NCBI GenBank assembly: GCA_963720715.1 | Contig: CAVRGM010000002.1 | Location: 220,446 to 284,445, forward strand | Source: an uncultured Chloroflexia bacterium | GTDB taxonomy: Bacteria > Chloroflexota > Limnocylindria > Limnocylindrales > CSP1-4 | Direction of reading: 5' to 3' | Length of the DNA stretch: 64,000 nt | In this document: one piece after another, positions 48,277-58,237 of the stretch | How the letters are laid out: each line of letters opens with the position of its first letter | How positions within the stretch are numbered: position 1 is the stretch's first letter | The notes under the pieces: generated by a model | The model's database searches: none | Seen by the model: the letters and a program-made list of their open reading frames with translations, nothing else | What the model was told of the DNA's origin: nothing | Program-made: the position numbers and the translations under genes

Positions 48277-50574
48277 GTGGTGCGCAGAATCGCCGTCTTC
48301 TTCCTCGCCCTCGTCCTGGTCGCCAGTCTCGGCGTCGCCGTGTCGCCGGTGGCTGCCGCGAGCGCGCCCTCGAGCGAGCCGAAGGTCGTGATCATCGTGG
48401 GTGCCACCCATGGCGCGACGGCTGGCTATCGGGCGGACGCTGACCGAGCCTATGCCGAGGCGATCCGCTACACCTCCGACGTGACCAAGGTCTACAGCCC
48501 CAACGCCACCTGGTCCAGGGTCAAGGCCGCGACCGTCGGGGCGTCGATCGTCATCTACATGGGCCATGGCAATGGCTGGCCAAGTCCGTACACCTACGAT
48601 CCGGAATACACGACCAAGGACGGCTTCGGGTTGAATGCGAGCGCCGGAAACGGCGACTACAACAACAAGTACTACGGGGAGCCGTTCGTCTCCACCCTCG
48701 ACCTCGCGCCGGGCGCGATCGTTCTCCTTCATCACCTGTGCTACGCGTCGGGAAACTCGGAACCCGGGAATGCGGAGCCGACGGTCACGGTCGCTCGCAA
48801 GCGGGCCGACAACTACGCCGCCGGGTTCCTGAAGGCCGGTGCCGCCGCGGTCATCGCCGATGGGCATGCCGGTGCCGAGTCCTACCTGCGGGCACTGTTC
48901 ACGACCCACCAGTCGCTCGAAGCGATGTGGCGGACGATGCCGAACCAGAACGGACACGTCTCGAGCTTCCCCTCCAGCCGGACGCCCGGTGCCACCATCT
49001 TCCAGGACCCGACCAAGGTGTCCTCCGGCTACTACCGATCGCTGGCCGTCAGGACCGTTGGCGCGACCACCGATGATGTGGTCGCCGGCGGGATCGGCGA
49101 TACGAGCGCGGATCCGGTCGACCTGCAGATCCCCGGCAATGCCGAGGTCGCCAGCGACGGCGCGGGCCTGTTCGAGGGGCCGGGCATCGCAGATCCGGAA
49201 CGCACCCTGCCGATCGGGACGCGACTGCGGGTCGTCGACGGTCCCGTCCAGGCGGCTGCCCCGGAGGGCGTCGCCATGGTCGAAGTCGTCGGCATCGACG
49301 ATCCGAGCATCGGCGGGTTCATCGCCACGTCCGACCTGGCCGCCCGTGACAGCACGGCTCCGGTCATACGAGGGCTCGACACTGGCGGGAGCTTCTCCCC
49401 GAACGGCGACGGCCAGGTCGACACGACGACGATCTCGGCGCGATTCAGCGAGACCGCGACCTGGTCGCTGTCGATCCGCGACGACACGGGGAGCGTGTTC
49501 GACAAGACCGGACAGGGCTCGACCCTGGACGTGACCTGGAAGGGTCTCGTGGGCGGTGCACCGGTGGCCGACGGCACGTACCGGATCCGGGTAACGGCCG
49601 TCGATGATTGGGGCAACGGCCCCGCCGAAGCCAGTCAGGCTGTCGTCGTCGACACGCGACCTCCGGCCCTCTCCGAGCTCGACCCGGCAGCCTCGACGAC
49701 CCAGTGGTTCTCGCCCAACGGCGACGGCGTGCGAGACCGGGTCACCTTCAGGGCAACGAACGACGAGGCAGGCGACATCGTGGTCAAGGTCCGGGACACG
49801 AGCGGCGCCCTCGTCGCCAAATGGTCCGTCGTCAACGGCCCAGGGCCGGTCGACCTGGTCTGGGATGGGCGCACCGATGCCGGCACCACGGCGCCCGACG
49901 GTGTCTACACGATCACGGCATCACCGCAGGACGGGGCGGGCAACACCGGGTCGGCCGTCGGCCGGACCGTCCAGCTGATCGGCGCTCTGCGATCGGTCGC
50001 CACGAGTCGTCGGATCCTCTTTCCGCAGGACCTTGACGGCCTGGCCCGAACGACGAACCTCTCGTTCGTCCTGCAGCGCCCGATGACCGTCGACTGGGCG
50101 GTGCTTGATTCGGATGGCGTCCCGGTCGCGACCCATCTTGATGCGGTACACCTGTCGGCGGGCAGCCAGTCCTGGACCTTCGACGGCCGTGACGATGCAG
50201 GCGCGATGCTGCCCCGCGGCGTGTACACGGCACAGGTCACCGCCACCGACGGCAGCCTGACCGCGACCCAGACGGCCACCTTCGTCCTTGATGCCTTCGA
50301 CGTGCACGCGAGTGACACCAGCCCGGCTCGAGGACAGGTCGTCAGCCTAACGATCGGATCGGCCGAAGTCCTTGCCAAGGCGCCGCGGCTCATCATCGAC
50401 CAGCCCGGGCTGTCGCGCTGGAAGGCCCTGACGACCAAGGCCGGCAAGCACACCTATACCGTGACGATCCGGCTGAGGACCGGTGGCGGGGTCGGCCCGT
50501 TGTCGCTCAAGGTCAAGGGCATCGACAAGCACGGGGGCAAGCAATCGACAACGGTGGTTTACGGCCTGCATTGA
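48277..50574 (+). CDS. Secreted protein: putative clan-CD-like catalytic domain, SH3-like segment and FlgD-Ig repeats
   Basis: Signal peptide; IYMGHG and HHLCYA; repeated FSPNGDG and WDG...DGxY motifs. Confidence 0.8.
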   Translation: MVRRIAVFFLALVLVASLGVAVSPVAAASAPSSEPKVVIIVGATHGATAGYRADADRAYAEAIRYTSDVTKVYSPNATWSRVKAATVGASIVIYMGHGNGWPSPYTYDPEYTTKDGFGLNASAGNGDYNNKYYGEPFVSTLDLAPGAIVLLHHLCYASGNSEPGNAEPTVTVARKRADNYAAGFLKAGAAAVIADGHAGAESYLRALFTTHQSLEAMWRTMPNQNGHVSSFPSSRTPGATIFQDPTKVSSGYYRSLAVRTVGATTDDVVAGGIGDTSADPVDLQIPGNAEVASDGAGLFEGPGIADPERTLPIGTRLRVVDGPVQAAAPEGVAMVEVVGIDDPSIGGFIATSDLAARDSTAPVIRGLDTGGSFSPNGDGQVDTTTISARFSETATWSLSIRDDTGSVFDKTGQGSTLDVTWKGLVGGAPVADGTYRIRVTAVDDWGNGPAEASQAVVVDTRPPALSELDPAASTTQWFSPNGDGVRDRVTFRATNDEAGDIVVKVRDTSGALVAKWSVVNGPGPVDLVWDGRTDAGTTAPDGVYTITASPQDGAGNTGSAVGRTVQLIGALRSVATSRRILFPQDLDGLARTTNLSFVLQRPMTVDWAVLDSDGVPVATHLDAVHLSAGSQSWTFDGRDDAGAMLPRGVYTAQVTATDGSLTATQTATFVLDAFDVHASDTSPARGQVVSLTIGSAEVLAKAPRLIIDQPGLSRWKALTTKAGKHTYTVTIRLRTGGGVGPLSLKVKGIDKHGGKQSTTVVYGLH

Positions 50575-50708
50575 GCCGGCGTAGCATCTGGGCTCGCGTC
50601 GGACCACACCAGACTGCACCGTACCATCCCCGACCGGGACCTTCGGGCGATGGCCGAGTCCCGGTCGCGCACCGAGACTCCGCAGTCCAGGATCAGCGGA
50701 GGAACGTC

Positions 50709-53156
50709 GTGTCATCGCCCGCCCGCCGCCCACGCCCCCGGTCCGTGGCGCTCGCCGCCAGCCTGTTCCTGCTCATGGCCGGCGCCCAGTGGAGCGTCGC
50801 GCAGGCGGCCAGGCCCACGACGCCCGATCCGGCCGGCGCCGGGCAGCCGTCGATCCAGTACGAAGAGTCCCTGGCTCATGCCGCAGACCGGCTCGATCTG
50901 GAACCCGGCGGGCGGGTGACCGTCGGGTTCACGCCCCGACGCAGCGACCGCTGGACGGTCGGCGGGGTCAGACCGCTGGCCTTGCCTGCCGGACGATTGA
51001 GCGGCCGCGCGATCCGGTCGGGCGACGCGACTCTGCCCGCGCCCTCCACCGGTGACACATCGGTGGACACGCTCGGGTCGGCCGGCCCGATCGACACGCC
51101 CTACGTGCCTCCGCGATCGCTCGTTCCGGCCCAGCCTGCCGCCGCGGTCGACCCCGGCGGTCTGAAGCGCGAGGTCTTCGGTTTCCTCCCGTACTGGGAG
51201 TTGACCGACAGTTCGACTCGGCTCGATTGGCAGACGCTGTCGACCGTCGCCTACTTCGGGGTCGGTGCGACCAAGACCGGCGACCTCCAGCGGACCGATA
51301 GCGATGGGTCCAGCTCGGTCGGCTGGAGCGGTTGGACCAGCGCGAAGTTGACCGGCGTCATCGATGATGCGCACGCGAACGGAACACGCGTGGTCCTGAC
51401 CGTCCAGAGCTTCGCCTGGACTTCGACCGGGGCCAGCCACCAGAAGTCGCTCCTCGGCAGTTCGGCCAATCGGGCCAATTTGGCCCGCCAGATCGCCGGT
51501 GCCGTTCGGGATCGGGGAGCGGACGGCGTCAATCTGGATTTCGAGCCCATCGCCGCGACCTACGCGGACGAGTTCACCGCGCTGGTCAAGAAGGTCCGGG
51601 TGGAGTTGGACAAGGTCCATCGGGGCTACCAGCTGACGTTCGATGCGACCGGCTGGATCGGCAACTACCCGATCGAGGATGCGACCGTCTCCGGCGCGGC
51701 CGATGCGGTCGTGATCATGGGCTACGACTACCGGACGGCCTCTTCGGCGTCGGTCGGGTCGATCGCCCCGATCGGGGGCAGCACGTACGACGTCCGCGAC
51801 ACCGTGAAGAGCTATGTCAGCCGGGTCCCCGCATCCAAGGTGATCCTTGGGGTCCCGTACTACGGGCGAGCCTGGTCGACCGCCAGCTCGGCGCTCGGAG
51901 CAAAGAACATCTCGGGCACCAAGAACGGGGCTTCGGCGTCGGTCGTGTACGGCACCGCCCGCCAATACGCGCTCGACCACGGCAAATCGTGGGACCCGGT
52001 CGAGGGCGTGGCCTGGACCGCGTACCGGCGCCAGAACTGCACGGCCACCTACGGGTGTGTCAACCCGTGGCGACAGCTCTACTTCGATGACGCGAAGGCG
52101 CTCAAGGCCAAGTACGACCTGGTCAACCAGAAGGACCTCCGCGGCGTCGGGATCTGGGCCTTGGGCTATGACGGCACGAGGACCGAGCTGTACCAGGCGC
52201 TGGAGGACAAGTTCATCACCGACACGATCCCGCCGGTCATCTCCTCGGCATCGATCAGTTCGGGGCTCATCTCCCCGAATGGTGACGGACGCTACGACTC
52301 CACGACGATGAGCGTCAGCGTCACGGGCCAGCTCACGTTCGGCTGGGTGGTCGAGCCGTATTTCGGCGGCACCCCCGGCCCGAAGGTCGCGTCGGGCTCA
52401 TCGACGAGCAAGACCGTCCGGTTCACCTGGGGCGGCCGGGACAGTGCCGGCGCTCGTGTCCCGGATGGTCCCTACCGGATCACCATCTGGACGGCAGACG
52501 CCTCGAACAATCGGGCGACCGTTGCCCGGGTCGTGACCGTGGATACTCGGCCGGCCAGCGTCACGATGTCGGCCGATCCCGGATCGATCTCCCCGGATGG
52601 GGACGGTCGATCGGACGCCACCGCGCTCCGGATGTCGGCGAATGAGCGGCTGACCGGCAAGGCCCGGTTGATCGACAAGGATGGGCGGACGGTCCGGCGT
52701 TGGACCATCGCTGGATCGACGGCCGGCACCTGGCACTGGGACGGCCACGACAGCGACGGCAGGCGGGTCCGAGATGACCGATACACGTTCCGGGTCAAGG
52801 GCCGGGACGCTGCCGGCAATCTGACCAGCCGGGACATCGTCGTTCGCGTCGATCGAACCATCAAGTCGGTCGCCTGGGCCAGGACGTCGTTCAAGCCGAA
52901 AGCCGGACAGTCCGATCGTCTCGCCTTCGCCCTGCGTCGCTCGGCCAAGGTCACCGTCGCGATCTACCAGGGGTCGAACCGGATCAGGACGATCTGGTCG
53001 GGCCAGACCCTGTCGGCCGGATCGCACACGTGGACCTGGAACGGCAAGGCCGGCGGCGCGTGGGTCAAACCCGGCACCTACAAGGTCGTCATCCAGGCGT
53101 CGAGTCGCATCGGCCCGTCCTCACAGACCCGGTCGGTCGTGGTCAAGGCTCCATAG
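50709..53156 (+). CDS. Secreted GH18 glycoside hydrolase with FlgD-Ig repeats
   Basis: DGVNLDFE catalytic motif, MGYDY, LGVPYYG and GIWALG; SPNGDG repeats; GGAGG precedes GTG 50709. Confidence 0.88.
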   Translation: MSSPARRPRPRSVALAASLFLLMAGAQWSVAQAARPTTPDPAGAGQPSIQYEESLAHAADRLDLEPGGRVTVGFTPRRSDRWTVGGVRPLALPAGRLSGRAIRSGDATLPAPSTGDTSVDTLGSAGPIDTPYVPPRSLVPAQPAAAVDPGGLKREVFGFLPYWELTDSSTRLDWQTLSTVAYFGVGATKTGDLQRTDSDGSSSVGWSGWTSAKLTGVIDDAHANGTRVVLTVQSFAWTSTGASHQKSLLGSSANRANLARQIAGAVRDRGADGVNLDFEPIAATYADEFTALVKKVRVELDKVHRGYQLTFDATGWIGNYPIEDATVSGAADAVVIMGYDYRTASSASVGSIAPIGGSTYDVRDTVKSYVSRVPASKVILGVPYYGRAWSTASSALGAKNISGTKNGASASVVYGTARQYALDHGKSWDPVEGVAWTAYRRQNCTATYGCVNPWRQLYFDDAKALKAKYDLVNQKDLRGVGIWALGYDGTRTELYQALEDKFITDTIPPVISSASISSGLISPNGDGRYDSTTMSVSVTGQLTFGWVVEPYFGGTPGPKVASGSSTSKTVRFTWGGRDSAGARVPDGPYRITIWTADASNNRATVARVVTVDTRPASVTMSADPGSISPDGDGRSDATALRMSANERLTGKARLIDKDGRTVRRWTIAGSTAGTWHWDGHDSDGRRVRDDRYTFRVKGRDAAGNLTSRDIVVRVDRTIKSVAWARTSFKPKAGQSDRLAFALRRSAKVTVAIYQGSNRIRTIWSGQTLSAGSHTWTWNGKAGGAWVKPGTYKVVIQASSRIGPSSQTRSVVVKAP

Positions 53157-53184
53157 TCGCCGCGCGGCCCGTAGACTCCGACGC

Positions 53185-53982
53185 GTGACCACAGCCGAGG
53201 CAACCAGCGCATCGCCTCCGGACCCCTCATCCGGGTCGGGCGTCTGGGTCGTCCTGCCCACGTACGACGAGGCCGAGAACATCGGACCGGTGGCGGCCGC
53301 CGTCTTCGACGCGCTGCCGAAGGCGACCCTGCTGATCGTCGACGACGATTCGCCCGATGGGACCGGTCGGCTGGCCGATGCCCTCGCCGCCGCGGACCCA
53401 CGTATCCAGGTGCGCCATCGGACGGCCAAGCAGGGGCTCGGTCGGGCCTACCTTGACGGCTTCCGCCTGGCGCTGGCGGGCGGAGCCGAGACCATCGTCC
53501 AGATGGATGCCGACTTCAGCCACGATCCAGCGAGCCTGCCGATGCTGGTCGGACCGATCGCTCGTGGTGAAGCCGATCTGGTCATCGGGTCGCGCTATGC
53601 CGAAGGTGGCTCGGTCGCGGACTGGGGTCTCGGCCGCCGGATCGTCTCGCGCGGCGGCAGCCTGTTCAGTCGGCTCGTCCTGCGTCTTGGCCCTCGGGAC
53701 CTGACCGGTGGTTTCAAGGCATGGCGAGCCGAGACGCTGGCCGCGGTGCCGTTCGCCGGTGTCCACGCCGGCGGCTATGTGTTCCAGATCGAGATGACAT
53801 TCCGGGCAAGTCGCGCCGGGGCTCGGATCATCGAGACGCCGATCACCTTCCGTGACCGGCGGGTCGGCCAGTCGAAGATGAGTCGGCGGATCGTGGTCGA
53901 AGCGCTGGTCGTCGTCGTCCAGCTGCGAATCGAGGAACTGGCCGGGCGCCTGCCCGGGATCGGCCGTCGACCAGGGCGATGA
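53185..53982 (+). CDS. Polyprenol-phosphate glycosyltransferase (GT2, Ppm1/Dpm1-like)
   Basis: LPTYDE, VDDDSPDGT, QMDADFSH, GSRY and GYVFQIEM. Confidence 0.92.
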   Translation: MTTAEATSASPPDPSSGSGVWVVLPTYDEAENIGPVAAAVFDALPKATLLIVDDDSPDGTGRLADALAAADPRIQVRHRTAKQGLGRAYLDGFRLALAGGAETIVQMDADFSHDPASLPMLVGPIARGEADLVIGSRYAEGGSVADWGLGRRIVSRGGSLFSRLVLRLGPRDLTGGFKAWRAETLAAVPFAGVHAGGYVFQIEMTFRASRAGARIIETPITFRDRRVGQSKMSRRIVVEALVVVVQLRIEELAGRLPGIGRRPGR

Positions 53983-55295
53983 GCGAATCATCCGGCGCGC
54001 GGGCCATCGAGCCCGTCGTCGGCCGCCGGTTGGGCGGCGAGCCGATGGAACGGCCGGCCGGGATGCGGGTCGTCCTGGACGCGCGACCGCTCCAGGCGCC
54101 CGATCGGGCTCCGCTCGCGGCGACGTATCTTGACGGCCTGCTTGGCGCCTACGATGCCGACCCGCTGGACGGCGAGTCGTTCTCGTTCCTGATCGCCGCC
54201 GACCTCGCCGACGTGACCGACCGGTACGAGCATCTTGATGTGGCGGGTCGCCGCCGGATGCCGCCGACCCGACTGCTACGGGCGGGGTCGATGACCCTCG
54301 ACCCGTTCTTCCTGCGTGGCGCGGCGTTCGGGACGGCCTGGCGAGCCGATCGTCGCGGCGCCGCGGGAGCCGTCTACCACGCGGTCGGCAGCGGACCGTT
54401 GCCGATCGCATCCGGCCTGCCGCTCGTCGTCACCCTGCTCGACCAGGCGCCATGGGACCTTCCCGAGGTTTTCGCGCGCTCGAGGGCTGGTCGGTTCGGC
54501 CAGCGAATCAGAACGCAGCTGCTCCGGGACGCCGCTGCCGTGATCGTCGGCAGTGAAGCGACGGCGAGCGCCGCCAGCCGGCTGATCCGGATCCGACCGG
54601 ACCGGATCCACGTCGTCCGCCTCGCGCCCCGGGCCGGCTTCGGTGTGCCGTCGGGCCGGGTGTCGGACGATGCGATCGAGTTGGGTGATCGTCTGGGTCT
54701 GGGCACCCGCTATCTGGTCCTGTCGGGTCGGTTCGATGCGCGGCTGGACCTGTCGACCCTCCTGGCCGCCCTCGCCCTCCTCGCGGCCGCAGGCCGCCCG
54801 CCCGAACTGGACGTCGAGGTGGAGTGGCCACCGCGGGTCCTGCTGGTCGGAGCCACCCCGGCTGACCGTGCGTCGATCGCCAGGGCGGCCGCGCGACGGA
54901 GTATCGGCGAAGCCATCAGGTACGCGCCCGGTCTCGGCGGCGAGGAGCTTGCCGGCCTCGTATCCGGCGCGCGGGCCGTCGTCATGCCAGCCGTCTCGGA
55001 GGCGGCCGGTCTGCCGGTCGTGGAGGCCATCGCGTCGGGCGTACCGGTGATCGCGTCGGCCGTCGGGCCGCTGCCTGAGCTTGTCGGGCAGGCCGGCCTG
55101 CTCGTCGAGCCTGGCGATCCGGATCGACTCGCCCGGGCCCTGGCCGCGATGTGGGCCGATGACGATGTCCACGGGCGGTTGGCCGGACTGGCCGCGATGC
55201 GGGCGGCCGGCGAACGGCGGACGTGGATCGATGTCGCCGGCGAGACTCGAACGATCTATGCGCGCGTCGGTGCGGCTGTCGCCGGCCCGTCCTGA
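53979..55295 (+). CDS. GT4 glycosyltransferase
   Basis: EAAGLPVVEAIASGVPVI and GLLVEP. Confidence 0.85.
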   Translation: MSESSGARAIEPVVGRRLGGEPMERPAGMRVVLDARPLQAPDRAPLAATYLDGLLGAYDADPLDGESFSFLIAADLADVTDRYEHLDVAGRRRMPPTRLLRAGSMTLDPFFLRGAAFGTAWRADRRGAAGAVYHAVGSGPLPIASGLPLVVTLLDQAPWDLPEVFARSRAGRFGQRIRTQLLRDAAAVIVGSEATASAASRLIRIRPDRIHVVRLAPRAGFGVPSGRVSDDAIELGDRLGLGTRYLVLSGRFDARLDLSTLLAALALLAAAGRPPELDVEVEWPPRVLLVGATPADRASIARAAARRSIGEAIRYAPGLGGEELAGLVSGARAVVMPAVSEAAGLPVVEAIASGVPVIASAVGPLPELVGQAGLLVEPGDPDRLARALAAMWADDDVHGRLAGLAAMRAAGERRTWIDVAGETRTIYARVGAAVAGPS

Positions 55296-55327
55296 GGGTC
55301 AGTCCGGATGCGGAGCGCGCCCGTCGA

Positions 55328-56518
55328 TCAGGCAGGCGGCGTGTCTGAACCGGCCCTGAACGAGGCGGGATACTGACTGGTGCTGGTGGTCAGCACCTGG
55401 ATGAACGTCTGGCCGATCGTGAGGGTGACCTCGTTGCCGCGGCGGTCGTAGAAGCGGGTCGGCTTCTTGACGCCATCCTTGCGCCACGTGCCCTTGATCG
55501 TCCGGCCATTCGTCGAGATCCAGGCCGGGCCGCTCCCGACGACGTCGGCCTCGAGCCGGTGCTTGTCGGGATGACCGTCGTTGAGCGGGCCGAATGACAT
55601 CCGCATGACGATGACGTTCTTGGGGGCGATGCGCTCGCCATTCGCCGCGTCTGTCTGCTTCTTCTGGCCGGTCACGGACCGCCGGTAGGTGTTCGTGTCG
55701 CGGTCGTAGGTGTACTTGATCTTGTTGGCCGGGTAGCCGACGCTGATCGTGCCCCCGTACGGCCGTTCCTCGAGGGGCGCATCCGGCGCGAACTGCCAGG
55801 CCGACTTCCTGGCCTTGTCCGCCGCACCAGCGTTGCCGCCGACGTTTCGGAGCTGCTTGCCGGTCGTGTACAGGTTGTGCGGCGCATATCGGTTGGTGAC
55901 ACGCGTGAACGTCCCGCTATAGCGGAATTCGTCGATGTTGTAGACCCACTGGCCGGCGCCCTTGGCCCGCAATGTGTCGATCGCCTGTGGCGAGCCCCCG
56001 GCGTGCGCGTAGATGGCCCGCCATTCCGCGGCCCAGGCGATGTAGTAGTAGCGCGAGCTTCTGACCGGCCCGATGGCCTTCGGCACGATGTCCTGGAAGA
56101 TCGCCATGTAGCGCGGGATGCCGCCCTCCGCCGGGGCGTGCCACACGACCGCCGCATCGGACAGGCCGGATTGCGGCCGGGCCGGGCTCAGGTCGTCGAT
56201 CATGACCGCGATGGGGTGCCGCGCCGCGACGTTCGGCGAGACGAGGCGGCCGGTCATCGGTGCCGGCATGGTCGTCGGGGTGGGTTCCGGGGTGGGTTCG
56301 AGCGATGCCGACGGGCTGGGCGTCGGCGATGAGGATGCCGGTGGGCTGGTCATCCCGCTGGGGGACGGCGTCGCCCCCGCTGGCGTGGGCGTGCCGACCT
56401 GCCCGACCGGCCCGGGGCTGGAGGCAGGCTGGCCGCTACCCAGCGCCACGGCTCCGAGCGCGACCACGAGTACGACCACGACGACCACTCCGATGACCCC
56501 GCCGGTCGTCCGATTCAC
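55328..56518 (-). CDS. DUF3048 (YerB-like) exported protein
   Basis: AVMIDD, ARPQSGL, EGGIPR, GPVRS and APHN; AAGGAG RBS. Confidence 0.9.
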   Translation of the reverse strand: MNRTTGGVIGVVVVVVLVVALGAVALGSGQPASSPGPVGQVGTPTPAGATPSPSGMTSPPASSSPTPSPSASLEPTPEPTPTTMPAPMTGRLVSPNVAARHPIAVMIDDLSPARPQSGLSDAAVVWHAPAEGGIPRYMAIFQDIVPKAIGPVRSSRYYYIAWAAEWRAIYAHAGGSPQAIDTLRAKGAGQWVYNIDEFRYSGTFTRVTNRYAPHNLYTTGKQLRNVGGNAGAADKARKSAWQFAPDAPLEERPYGGTISVGYPANKIKYTYDRDTNTYRRSVTGQKKQTDAANGERIAPKNVIVMRMSFGPLNDGHPDKHRLEADVVGSGPAWISTNGRTIKGTWRKDGVKKPTRFYDRRGNEVTLTIGQTFIQVLTTSTSQYPASFRAGSDTPPA

Positions 56519-56672
56519 GGTCGTGCTCCTTCATGCCGATGCCATGGACTTGGCGCAGGATACAAGAGGAAGTGACAACCGGTTCGCGACCGCTGCCTGG
56601 ACTCGCTCTGCCGCGACCTCGCCGGTCGGGCTGCGGCTCGCGCGACCGGGCGATGCGCAGTAGGCTCTACTC

Positions 56673-57347
56673 ATGACGGACAAGGCGACACCGCCGGACG
56701 GGACTCCCGACCCGGCCCCGAAACCGGCCCCGAAAGCTCGCAAGCCTCGCACGACGTCAACGACCCGGAGTACGGTGGCGAAGTCCTCGGCCGCGGCGAA
56801 GCCGCCTGCCGCGGCGAAGCCGCCTGCCGCGGCAACGCCCCCTGCGCCAAAGACGCCGACAGAACCTGTGGCTCGGACCCCGGACGTCGTGAATATCGAG
56901 CGCGGCGGGATCGACCTTGCGCAGGCCGAGACCGTCAAGGTCAGCCGTGGTGGGATCACCCGGGTCGAAGCGACGAACGTGGATCTCCGTCAGGGTGGCA
57001 TCGCGAGGGTCGAAGCCCAGGATGTCGCGGTCAGCTTGGGCGGCATCGCCCTGGCGCGGGCCGACACGGTGTCAGCGGAGATGAGCGGGCTGGCCCTGTC
57101 GATCGCCGGCGATGCCCGTGTCAGTCAATCCTTCGTCCGGGCGATGTTCGCGCGGGAAGTCAGACTCGATCAAGCCGCGGTCTGGAGCCTGCTGGCCGGC
57201 AAGGTCACCTTCCAGCGACGCGGGGTGGCAGGCGTCGTCATCGCGGGCAAGGTCGACGGCGAGGTCACGACGTTGGTCGACTGGCGCGCAGCCCTGGCGA
57301 TCGGCGCCCTCGTCGGCATCATCGTGGGCATCAGCCGCCGCCGCTGA
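56673..57347 (+). CDS. Hypothetical protein: Pro/Lys-rich N-terminus, 15-aa beta repeats and C-terminal transmembrane helix
   Basis: GGI motifs every 15 aa; hydrophobic C-terminus ending RRR. Confidence 0.75.
   Translation: MTDKATPPDGTPDPAPKPAPKARKPRTTSTTRSTVAKSSAAAKPPAAAKPPAAATPPAPKTPTEPVARTPDVVNIERGGIDLAQAETVKVSRGGITRVEATNVDLRQGGIARVEAQDVAVSLGGIALARADTVSAEMSGLALSIAGDARVSQSFVRAMFAREVRLDQAAVWSLLAGKVTFQRRGVAGVVIAGKVDGEVTTLVDWRAALAIGALVGIIVGISRRR
56790..56843 (+). repeat. In-frame 18-bp tandem repeat encoding AAAKPP
   Basis: GCCGCGGCGAAGCCGCCT twice, plus one degenerate copy. Confidence 0.8.
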
Positions 57348-57385
57348 TCGGCCCTCCCGCCCGCTCCGCGTGCGCGGTCGCCGCG

Positions 57386-58237
57386 CTATCGGCGCTTCTT
57401 CTTCCTGATGATCCTCGGATCAAGACCGGCGGCCAGCGCCTCCGCCGCGCCCCGGGCTCGCAATTCGGCGGTGTGCAGCTCGTGGAGCTCGACGACCTCC
57501 GCCGGCTCGCCCTCCATCACCATCTTGCCCCGCTCCAAGAGGACGGCGCGGTTGCAGTATTCGGTCACCCAGTTCATGTCGTGGGTCACCAGCACGACCG
57601 CTTTCGCCGCGCTGACGATCTCGATGACGCGGGCCTTCGACTTCGCCCGGAAATTCGCATCCCCGGTCGCGAGGACCTCGTCGAGGAGCAGGATGTCGGG
57701 ATCGACCGATGTCGCGATGGAGAAGCCGAGCCGGGCGCGCATCCCCGATGAATAGGTCTTGAGCGGGGCGTCGATGAACTCGCCGAGTTCCGCGTAGGCG
57801 ATGATCGATGGCAACAACTCGCGGGTGATCGCATCGTCCAGCCCGAGGAACGCTCCACCGAGCAGGATGTTGTCGCGACCGGTCAATTCCTTGTCGAAAC
57901 CGGCGCCCAGGGTCAGCAGTCCGGACACGTGACCGACCACGTCGACCGCGCCCTCTGACGGACGGATGATCCCGGCCAGGACCTGGAGCAGGGTGCTTTT
58001 GCCGGCGCCGTTGGGCCCGATCACCGCCAGTGACTCGCCTCGTTGGACCCGGAGGTCCAGGTGACGCAACGCCCAGAACTGATCCATCCCGCTGCGCCCG
58101 AGCATCTGGCCGACCGAGTTCCGGATGGTCGTCTTGCGGGTGAATCGGAGGTCGTAATTGACTCCCAGGTCGGTCGTCATGATGGCATGACCCGAGTGGG
58201 CGTCGACATTCGGAGGTCGGTCCTCGACTATCGCCAT
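57386..58237 (-). CDS. ABC transporter ATPase (Wzt/TagH)
   Basis: [27 protein letters not shown] and VTHD. Confidence 0.93.
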   Translation of the reverse strand: MAIVEDRPPNVDAHSGHAIMTTDLGVNYDLRFTRKTTIRNSVGQMLGRSGMDQFWALRHLDLRVQRGESLAVIGPNGAGKSTLLQVLAGIIRPSEGAVDVVGHVSGLLTLGAGFDKELTGRDNILLGGAFLGLDDAITRELLPSIIAYAELGEFIDAPLKTYSSGMRARLGFSIATSVDPDILLLDEVLATGDANFRAKSKARVIEIVSAAKAVVLVTHDMNWVTEYCNRAVLLERGKMVMEGEPAEVVELHELHTAELRARGAAEALAAGLDPRIIRKKKRR

